Below, piece after piece: positions 5,991 to 12,904 of a DNA stretch of 18,762 nt. The translations under genes and the position numbers were made by a program. The DNA lies in IMG/VR virus record IMGVR_UViG_3300045988_018182, positions 1-18,762 of that record, one strand, 5' to 3'. The stretch is from a virus. The stretch's first letter is position 1. Each line of letters opens with the position of its first letter. Under the pieces are notes generated by a model. That model did no database searches. It was not told the origin of the DNA and saw nothing but the letters and a program-made list of their open reading frames with translations.

Positions 5991-6508
5991 TGCTGTTGCG
6001 TCCTTTCTCGTGGGGTTACTCTCGGCTCTTTGTTGCCGAAAATATCATGATTGCCCAATACCGCCCACGTGATGCAATCATGTTCGGCGGCTTCGGCTGC
6101 GGTCTTGGTGGCCATCTGATTAACTCGTGCTCCGAATACGGCCAACTCGCGATACATATCGCGATCGGTGTTTTTAGAGTCCTCATACCTGCCGGTGGTC
6201 ACATTATAGGTGAGCGCCGAGGTTTGATACTGGTCCACCTTTTTCGCGAGATCATCCAATGCGGTATCAACCGAGGCTTGCCATGCTGCGATCTCGGCGA
6301 GAACCCCGTTGATCGCTTCAATGTCGGCGTTTTCATCTTCGGCGAGATTATCCACCTGCTCCCTGAGCTGGTCGAGATGCTCGGCCACCTCCTGTACATA
6401 GCCGAGTACGGTGAGCGTATCACGGTACGAAAACGGTTGCACGGTGGTGAAATAGCGTTGCCTTGGGTCGATATCCAAAGGGGCGGCGCACATGTTGATT
6501 CCGTCCAT
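5987..6508 (-). CDS. Hypothetical structural protein, coiled-coil rich (173 aa)
   Basis: It sits inside the late structural operon with SD TTGGAGGAT and is coupled by an ATGA overlap to the next ORF. No family recognised. The antisense ORF 5951..6544 was rejected. Confidence 0.6.
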   Translation of the reverse strand: MDGINMCAAPLDIDPRQRYFTTVQPFSYRDTLTVLGYVQEVAEHLDQLREQVDNLAEDENADIEAINGVLAEIAAWQASVDTALDDLAKKVDQYQTSALTYNVTTGRYEDSKNTDRDMYRELAVFGARVNQMATKTAAEAAEHDCITWAVLGNHDIFGNKEPRVTPRERTQQQ

Positions 6509-6540
6509 TTATCCTCCAATCTGTCAATGTCAAGTATACT

Positions 6541-7356
6541 CTAGTGGCCGAGATTATAGGCGAGACTCGTAGAGTAGAGTTGCGGCGAATTGGTCATGTT
6601 GTCCCCACTGCCCCACACGCCCATAAACAGGTCTTCCAGCGAGCCGATTACCATCATGTCGATATTAAGCATGGTGCTACGCCAATCGAGCAGCAATTGT
6701 GATTGCGAGCCGCTGGTGCCGATCGTATGCGACACGCTATTGCCCTTGTCGGAAGAATGCGCATAATCCGTGTTGCTGGTACTAGACGCGGTGGCCGAAC
6801 TGTCCTGTTGTGTCGCCGTATGCGTGTTGCCGGTCGAATCCGTCTGCGAAGCGCTGGTGGCGTATTTGCGGAAATCATCAATACGGGTCTGCGGAAACTC
6901 CGAATTAAAAGTCATTGACGAATTATCGGCGGTAGTGTCGGACGTGCTGTTCGCGGTGGACTCGTTGGACTGCGTGCCCGAAGACTTTCCCGAAGATTCG
7001 TTCGTACTGGTCGAATCCATCTCCTGCCGAACGTCGGACGTGATGAACGGGTCGAACTTGCGCTGAGCGGAAACGTACATCTGATTGAAATAGTCCATTT
7101 GTTCGCGCATGGTACGCCCAAGGTAAAAAATGAACATTTGCGGCGTTTCGCTTCCGATTTCGCGTAACGCGTAGTGGGCTACGATTTTCTCGTTCAATTT
7201 CGCCCGATAGTTTTCGTCGAAGATCGGATAATATTGCGAACTTAAATGTAATTTTTCGTCCGTATTAAAACCGCGGTCGATCAGATTACCCAAGGTCAAT
7301 GTGTAGTCGGCCATACTGTCCTTGATCGCATACATGCTCAAGTCCTGTGCCATCAT
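6541..7356 (-). CDS. Lower collar protein (phi29 gp11-like, 271 aa)
   Basis: YYPIFDENYRAKLNEKIVAHYALREIGSETPQMFIFYL is the pattern I associate with picovirus lower collar proteins. The middle is S/T-rich and low-complexity. Its start overlaps the connector stop (ATGA), and the position is syntenic. Confidence 0.65.
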   Translation of the reverse strand: MMAQDLSMYAIKDSMADYTLTLGNLIDRGFNTDEKLHLSSQYYPIFDENYRAKLNEKIVAHYALREIGSETPQMFIFYLGRTMREQMDYFNQMYVSAQRKFDPFITSDVRQEMDSTSTNESSGKSSGTQSNESTANSTSDTTADNSSMTFNSEFPQTRIDDFRKYATSASQTDSTGNTHTATQQDSSATASSTSNTDYAHSSDKGNSVSHTIGTSGSQSQLLLDWRSTMLNIDMMVIGSLEDLFMGVWGSGDNMTNSPQLYSTSLAYNLGH

Positions 7357-8291
7357 TCCTCCTCTTTGTTTCCGTCCACATCCAGCAAACCGCCTGAAGT
7401 GGTATCATTCCATTCGATGCCGATAGGGTAGCCCGAGTCGGCCATTTGCGGCCACAATCGGTTAATCGTATCGCACGCCTGTTGACGTGATTTGAGATAG
7501 CTTAAGCGGAAAACGTTCGTACGGCTATTGCCTGCCGTCACTTCGCTTTCCAGCAATCTTTCCTTTTTTTCCGTGGTTGAATTGTCAATGCCAAGATAGT
7601 TTACGAGTTCATTCCACACCTGCGTTTTCGTGGTGATGATCTTATCCGCCAAAAACGGCGTCATATTAGGGAAGGTCTGAAACATTCCGGTAATATCCGC
7701 ACTATCGTAGGCGTACACGTATGGGTCGCCGTCTTCTCGCGCTTTCATCAAATTTTGAGCCGTGAGCTTGTTGGTTTCGGACGTGGCGATAATGAGGGGT
7801 ACCGAAATATTGTCCAAATTCACGTCCAATGCGCGGTCTGCGATAGCCAATCGTGTCGCGTAATTCCACATCACATCAACCATGGTACATCTAAGCTGGT
7901 TGTCCCAAATGGGTACGCATTCCTTGCTGCCGATCTGCGGGTGAGAATAACTTGTCGCCACGGGCTGGAATGATGTCGGATTATTGTAGTTATTGACGCC
8001 TCCGATATTGCCTGAAGTGACCATAAACCGGTTGACCCCCTTGCGTTTGTCGGGGAAAAAGAGTGCTAGACCGTTTTCAAAAAGCGTCAATTCGAGGTAG
8101 CGTTCGTCGATATATGGGGGTAGGTTAACCCATTTAAACCGGCTTACGGCCAACATTTCGATCAATTTCATGTATTGGTTGATGCGTAGACTTTGCCGCA
8201 TTTCGGGCAGATTCAAATTGCCCCACATGCTGCCGAGCACGCTCTGATTGTCCCAGTGCGCGGCCTTGCGTGCATTACTGCGTTTACTCAT
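7353..8291 (-). CDS. Head-tail connector / upper collar (portal), phi29 gp10-like (312 aa)
   Basis: [16 protein letters not shown] parallels phi29 [43 protein letters not shown] parallels [43 protein letters not shown] parallels FLKSREEACEKINELY. I moved the start from the track's GTG 8297 to ATG 8291. Confidence 0.9.
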   Translation of the reverse strand: [312 protein letters not shown]

Positions 8292-8303
8292 AATCACCGT
8301 CCT

Positions 8304-8340
8304 AAAAATAATGGAGAGAGTTATATTGCTCTCTCCATTA
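8304..8340 (-). terminator. Intercistronic hairpin + T5 fused to connector SD
   Basis: TAATGGAGAGAG (8309-8320) / CTCTCTCCATTA (8329-8340), a 12-bp stem. On the minus strand it is followed by AUUAUUUUUAGGACGG and then ATG 8291. Confidence 0.55.
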
Positions 8341-8347
8341 TATCCGG

Positions 8348-10588
8348 TCAGTACGAGATACCGGCCAGTGGCGTATTGTCCGCGTAATCGGTGACGCCGA
8401 TCTTATCGGGGTCAGTCCATACGGTCACGCCACTTTCAAAAATGCCCTTGACGGTCAGACGGTACTCTTCGGGGCATGTGCTCGATCGCACGTACAACTC
8501 ATGGAGCTTCCAGTAGGTGAAATTGTTCATTGCCATGAGATTCTCCGGCAAGCGCATAAACCTTTGCACATAGTATCCGTACCTTAGCCACACTTCTCCG
8601 ATGGCCTGCATGGCAGCGGGGGAGATTTGCCTATAACGCACCATGACACCAATCAGCCCGTTGGCTAGGTTGAATGCGTCTCCACCCAACGCGCCCGACG
8701 TAGTAGGGGGCACTGTTTGGGTCTGCTGCACTTGGGCGTTGATGCCGGCGATCGTGTTTTCGTAATCGCCTTGCGCCGTAGCCTGTGCAAGCTGTTTGTT
8801 CATGTCGGCTAGCTGCATGGTCTGCTGATTGCCGAGATTGGTTTGCGCAAGTGAAAAAGCGTTGGCTTGAGAGGTGCTTGCGTTATTGGTGGTTTGCGTG
8901 TTCGCAAGCTGCTGGTTCGCCGTGCTCACGTTGTTGCCATAGGTTTGCTGGTTCGTCCATGCACCGATGGCGGTTCCAGCAATAGCTCCGGCCACGCCAC
9001 CGACATTACCGGAGACGGCTGCGCCGGCGGCGTTGGCGATTCCTGAACCTATCGTGTTAATCTGCGCCATCTGGTTGTTAAACCCGAGGTTTTTCAATGT
9101 CAAATCGGTCCCCATCTGCGCACTTTGGTTGCTGATCGCATTCATGGCGTTTCGGTTCGACGTGCCCAGCCGGTTTTGCGCGCTTGCATACTGGGTACCC
9201 AATTGCGCTTGTGCGTAGGCATTGTTAATGCCCATTTGGGTTTTCTGATACCCCCAGTCAGCGGTTTGCTGGGCATACTGCCTAGTGTATGCGCTGTTCG
9301 CAAGCGCAAGCGCCGAGCCATTGTTTACCGCCATAAAGGTAGGGAAGTTCGTAATGCCGAAGCTCGCATTCAACATTTCGCCCGTATCGATAGGCAATCC
9401 CTTGCCGTCCGGCAATGGTTGGCGGTCTCCAAGATTGCCGGCATGGTATCCGCGCGCGTAAAAATTCAAACGAGGAGAGGGGGGCGCATAGTCCCATGTT
9501 TCGCGGATGATCAGATCGGCGCTCGGTATCTGCTCCGGCTCATACGTAATGACGGTGCCATTAAGACAGCTGCATTCGATGTAAGCGTAGGGGGCGGTCA
9601 GGAACTTTTTGAGATACTTATACCGTTCGGGCAGTACGAAAGCGTCGCGGAAATTTTTCAGGTTGATGATATCCGTGTAACGTGCGTTGGAATTGTCGTT
9701 TCGCTTGCGTAATTCCCAGCAATTGCCGGTAAAGCTGACTGAATGGCCGAAAAGTTCCGTTTTTTTCGGTTGACCGTCCAATAGCGCTTGCGGGAGGTGG
9801 GGTACCGCGTAAATGCCGCAAATGCCTTGCGTGACCCATGGGGCATTCATGCCCTCAGTAAAAAATACGACAATATCTGCGGGAGTGTCCAAATAGTACA
9901 TGCTGGTACCGTTGAGTTGACTTTCGAAAGCGCTGCCGGTGGCGGTATTGACTACCGGATTATCCTTGGTGCCCGTATCCGATTCGAGATCGGTGGTGCT
10001 TACGATGATCAATCCATAGGACGTGTATTTTACCCCGTCACGTTCGGCCACGTCCATTAACGGTTTCCATGACTCGTTTGTGAGTACGGTGCATTTGCCT
10101 GTGTCGAGTCCTTCGGGCAGATCGAGGTAGGTTTTCCCATAGTCTTTCCACGCGTTTTCGTTAGCAACCCCCACATGCCCCCTTTCAACGTAGGCGTTAC
10201 CCAACTGGACATCGTGTTGGAATGATTGCCATACATCCAATTGGATATTTAATTGCGTTGTGTTGGCGTTGATATAATCGCATGTCTGAATGAAATAATA
10301 CCAACTGCGGGGCGTGTCGAAATCGTAGTCGTTCGTGGCGATCAGATAATTATACTGCGACGCCTGAGCAAACGGGATGGGCAATCGTACCGGCAACCCA
10401 TACTTACTCATGGTGCAATTCGTAAATTCGATACCATTCAAACGGTCGAAATACTCTTTCTGAGCCTGTTCATCCCATTTGACTATATCCCTATACCCCA
10501 TATCCCACGGGACATTACACAATTTGAATCGTGTGTTCGGCGTCCATTTGGCATAACTGAAGTTGATCGGCAAGTCGTTTGCGCTCAT
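8348..10588 (-). CDS. Tail knob / major tail protein, phi29 gp9-like (746 aa)
   Basis: The N-terminal third parallels phi29 gp9: SWYYFIQTCDYINANTTQLNIQLDVWQSF versus [32 protein letters not shown]. The middle is Q/N-rich and carries a Gly/Ala hydrophobic stretch, GSGIANAAGAAVSGNVGGVAGAIAGTAIGAW. I moved the start from TTG 10606 to ATG 10588, which follows AGGAGG. Confidence 0.85.
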   Translation of the reverse strand: MSANDLPINFSYAKWTPNTRFKLCNVPWDMGYRDIVKWDEQAQKEYFDRLNGIEFTNCTMSKYGLPVRLPIPFAQASQYNYLIATNDYDFDTPRSWYYFIQTCDYINANTTQLNIQLDVWQSFQHDVQLGNAYVERGHVGVANENAWKDYGKTYLDLPEGLDTGKCTVLTNESWKPLMDVAERDGVKYTSYGLIIVSTTDLESDTGTKDNPVVNTATGSAFESQLNGTSMYYLDTPADIVVFFTEGMNAPWVTQGICGIYAVPHLPQALLDGQPKKTELFGHSVSFTGNCWELRKRNDNSNARYTDIINLKNFRDAFVLPERYKYLKKFLTAPYAYIECSCLNGTVITYEPEQIPSADLIIRETWDYAPPSPRLNFYARGYHAGNLGDRQPLPDGKGLPIDTGEMLNASFGITNFPTFMAVNNGSALALANSAYTRQYAQQTADWGYQKTQMGINNAYAQAQLGTQYASAQNRLGTSNRNAMNAISNQSAQMGTDLTLKNLGFNNQMAQINTIGSGIANAAGAAVSGNVGGVAGAIAGTAIGAWTNQQTYGNNVSTANQQLANTQTTNNASTSQANAFSLAQTNLGNQQTMQLADMNKQLAQATAQGDYENTIAGINAQVQQTQTVPPTTSGALGGDAFNLANGLIGVMVRYRQISPAAMQAIGEVWLRYGYYVQRFMRLPENLMAMNNFTYWKLHELYVRSSTCPEEYRLTVKGIFESGVTVWTDPDKIGVTDYADNTPLAGISY

Positions 10589-10596
10589 AAATCCTC

Positions 10597-10637
10597 CTAA
10601 AAACAATAGGTGCGAGAATTATTCTCTCGCACCTATT
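10597..10637 (-). terminator. Hairpin + T5 after capsid gene, fused to tail-knob SD
   Basis: AATAGGTGCGAGA (10605-10617) / TCTCGCACCTATT (10625-10637), a 13-bp stem. On the minus strand it is followed by GUUUUUAGGAGG and ATG 10588. Confidence 0.6.
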
Positions 10638-10657
10638 TTACCTGTTATCGCCGAATG

Positions 10658-12373
10658 TCAGGCGGTGACGGTGATTTTCGCCGTTCCGGTAGCTCCAGCG
10701 AATTTCGCGGTGACGTTGGCCGCTCCCGCGGCGGTTCCGGTAAGCACTCCGTTAGGGGTGATGGTCGCGTTGGCGTCAACCGTCCACATGGCGAGGTTGG
10801 TCACGTCGGCGGTGTTACCGTCCGTCTTGGTGGCAATGGCCTTGAGCGCGACATGCTCGCCGCTCTTCACCGCCTTTTCGCCCTGAATCTCAAGGGATTC
10901 GATGGCTCCCGTCTTCCAGCCGCCGAGCCACGTACCGACAACCGGCACGGACAGTGCTGCGGAAACCGTCTGATCGATCTCGGGATGGGTGGGGTCAATA
11001 TAGGTTGCCTGAGCGGTGACCTTGAGCACTTCGGCGGTTTCGTCGAGACCGCAACGGAGGATACCGCCGTTGTCGATCGAAGTGAACTGCGAGGTCGCAC
11101 CCTCAACCTTGTATTCGATGCCGATCGGCTGGAAGCTTGCGGTATCCCCGTTGGCGCTTGCGATCTCAGATTCGACTTGTACCAAGTCGCCACGAGACAC
11201 GTTTTCGGGGGTAACCGATGGCTGACCGTATTTCATGACGCGCAAGGTAAACTCCGGCTTGCTGGTGGTGAGCGTATCCGGGAGGGTCACGGACTCGTTG
11301 GAGCCTTCGCCCGTCCAAAACAGCACGGCGTTAGCAAACGGGTTAGGGGTGATGCTGCCCCTATGCTTGTAGAAGATGTTGCGCGTGCCGTCAATCGGAT
11401 TGACCGGGGAGCTCGTCGTTTCAAGCATTTCGTCCCAGCAGAAGAAGAAGTCTTCCGTGGTCAACACGGCCTGAACCTTACCGGCGGCACCGCCAATGCC
11501 GAACATATCTGCCGGAATCGGAATGATACGATACGGCACGTTGACCTTGTCGATATTAAACGCTGCGGCCAATGCTTCAACGTTGAGTGCGGCGATAACC
11601 TGAGGCGTGGCGAACAGGATTGCCTCCGAATCGCGCCATGGGGTAACCCAGCTCATGGCGTTATATCGTGGCATGGCCGACATGGGGGATGCCTTGAGTT
11701 CGTTTGCGGTCTGCTGGATAAGGCGCAGAAGATTCTTGGCGTCCGCTTCAGTGGAGTCTGCCGCACCCACATCTGCGGTGTGAACTCGATAAAAACCGCC
11801 CTTACGCGCGTATTCTGCGAAAGTCTGCGTCTTCATCAAATACATGTCGTTACGGTCGGACAGAATCGGCGCGTTCATGATCTCCGCGATATAGTCCGCC
11901 ATGCCGCTTTCGCCGTCAAACGCAGTCAGAAGCGCGTCTTCCGGAATGGTGACCGGATAGTAGTGGTCGAACGTGAGCGGGTGGAACACGCTTGCGGTAG
12001 GCAGTGAATAGCGGCCATACACATCATCCCCGAGATACTCTTGGTTAAAGTTGCGGGTGCGTGCCTTGACAAGGCCGACTGCGGCCTGTTCGTACGTGCT
12101 GCCGTAACGCTTCAGGGTACGGGGGGAGCCGATCAGCTTCAAGGGGTCATCCCAGTCCGCATGCTGGACATAGAGTCCGATCAAGCGCTGAATCAACACT
12201 CCCGTGAATTCATCACGGAGGTAGGGGAAGTTGCGCATGGTGTCAACCGCGTTGCGAATATTGCCTTGCGTGGCGCTTGGAATGCGCACCTGGAACTGTG
12301 GGGAGGTGGCGTTTCGGACGGCGTTGAAAATCTCAACGTCACCCTTAGAAGCCAACGGTCGAATATTAGACAT
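10658..12373 (-). CDS. Major capsid protein with C-terminal bacterial Ig-like (Big_2-type) domain(s) (571 aa)
   Basis: It follows the scaffold gene, as gp8 does in phi29. The C-terminus ...VDANATITPNGVLTGTAAGAANVTAKFAGATGTAKITVTA is a typical Big_2 ending, and phi29 gp8 also carries a BIG2 domain. It is the largest late ORF upstream of the tail genes. Confidence 0.8.
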   Translation of the reverse strand: MSNIRPLASKGDVEIFNAVRNATSPQFQVRIPSATQGNIRNAVDTMRNFPYLRDEFTGVLIQRLIGLYVQHADWDDPLKLIGSPRTLKRYGSTYEQAAVGLVKARTRNFNQEYLGDDVYGRYSLPTASVFHPLTFDHYYPVTIPEDALLTAFDGESGMADYIAEIMNAPILSDRNDMYLMKTQTFAEYARKGGFYRVHTADVGAADSTEADAKNLLRLIQQTANELKASPMSAMPRYNAMSWVTPWRDSEAILFATPQVIAALNVEALAAAFNIDKVNVPYRIIPIPADMFGIGGAAGKVQAVLTTEDFFFCWDEMLETTSSPVNPIDGTRNIFYKHRGSITPNPFANAVLFWTGEGSNESVTLPDTLTTSKPEFTLRVMKYGQPSVTPENVSRGDLVQVESEIASANGDTASFQPIGIEYKVEGATSQFTSIDNGGILRCGLDETAEVLKVTAQATYIDPTHPEIDQTVSAALSVPVVGTWLGGWKTGAIESLEIQGEKAVKSGEHVALKAIATKTDGNTADVTNLAMWTVDANATITPNGVLTGTAAGAANVTAKFAGATGTAKITVTA

Positions 12374-12387
12374 TACTATTCCTTTCT

Positions 12388-12669
12388 TTAGTTAAACAAG
12401 TCTTCGATGGACTCGTGCGTTTCGTCGCCGTCACCGTCGTCGTCGGACGGGGTGGGGTCGGTATAGCCGAGCGTGTCCATCATGGCCTTCAATGCGGCCA
12501 ATTCCTTTTCGATCGAGTCAAGTCGTGCGCTCACGTCCGGTTCGGACGGTTCCGGTTCCTGTTCCGGCTCTTTCGGCTTGATTTCATCATCGATGGTTTC
12601 AGTCTGTTTCTCTTCTTCGGTTGGCGGCGGAGTGATGTTTTCGTCGCTCTCATTGTTTGGGTCTGCCAT
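12388..12669 (-). CDS. Putative scaffolding protein (phi29 gp7 position, 93 aa)
   Basis: Small and very acidic, with E/D/P-rich helical-looking sequence. It is the first gene of the late operon, immediately upstream of the capsid gene. SD AAGGAG (12680-12675). Confidence 0.55.
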   Translation of the reverse strand: MADPNNESDENITPPPTEEEKQTETIDDEIKPKEPEQEPEPSEPDVSARLDSIEKELAALKAMMDTLGYTDPTPSDDDGDGDETHESIEDLFN

Positions 12670-12703
12670 GTAAGCTCCTTACGGTAGGCAATGTTTCCAT
12701 TAA

Positions 12704-12712
12704 ATTATATCA
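12704..12712 (-). promoter_or_regulatory. Putative late promoter, extended -10 TGaTATAAT
   Basis: The minus strand reads cgcaTGaTATAATtt directly downstream of the early terminator, about 35 nt before ATG 12669. Confidence 0.55.
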
Positions 12713-12720
12713 TGCGACGG

Positions 12721-12753
12721 GAAAATAAAATGACCCTCCAATCACGGAGGGTC
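12721..12753 (-). terminator. Rho-independent terminator ending the early/replication unit
   Basis: Minus-strand GACCCUCC (12753-12746), loop GUGAUU, GGAGGGUC (12739-12732), then AUUUUAUUUUC. Confidence 0.8.
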
Positions 12754-12889
12754 TAAATTGTCCTATCAGAGCGCGAAAGTGATAATCGTAGGGCACTACC
12801 GCCACGATAGCAAATCATGGTTGGCGGCGTTTTCAGCCGTGGCAGTCCAACCTATGTCGCTCCCAGTCGAAAATCGACGCTCACAGGAC
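12722..12889 (-). ncRNA. Candidate ~165-nt structured RNA (pRNA-like) with its own promoter and terminator
   Basis: TGcTATAAT (12904-12896) places the TSS near G12889. The 5' GUCCU..GAGCG (12889-12885, 12882-12878) pairs with CGCUC..AGGAC (12773-12769, 12764-12760). Internal helices are GUCGA-UUU-UCGAC (12878-12866) and CUGCCACG/CGUGGCGG (12845-12838 / 12806-12799). GGUUGG (12852-12847) is complementary to CCAACC (12824-12819). No ORF. Confidence 0.45.
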
Positions 12890-12895
12890 ATGATT

Positions 12896-12904
12896 ATTAT
12901 AGCA
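12896..12904 (-). promoter_or_regulatory. Putative extended -10 promoter TGcTATAAT overlapping the polymerase stop codon
   Basis: The minus strand reads atgcTATAAtaatc. The polymerase stop TAA (12899-12897) lies inside the hexamer. Confidence 0.45.

Noticed and set aside
6522-6533. Tandem TTGACATTGACA on the minus strand, just upstream of the 173-aa gene.
   Set aside because: There is no -10-like hexamer at 16-19 nt spacing before the SD and ATG at 6508. It is probably a chance -35 look-alike.
5951-6544. 197-aa plus-strand ORF, slightly longer than the overlapping minus-strand 173-aa ORF.
   Set aside because: The minus-strand ORF has an SD, ATGA coupling to its neighbour and a coiled-coil-like sequence. 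The plus-strand ORF has an odd G/I/H/C-rich composition and would be an isolated reverse gene inside the late operon.
10610-12007. 465-aa plus-strand ORF antisense to the capsid gene. The same applies to 10563..10886, 12041..12391 and other antisense or nested ORFs in the track.
   Set aside because: It is Arg/Gly-rich and looks like an antisense shadow of a GC3-biased gene. It has no SD and no operon context, and the minus-strand ORF has clear capsid and Ig-domain features.
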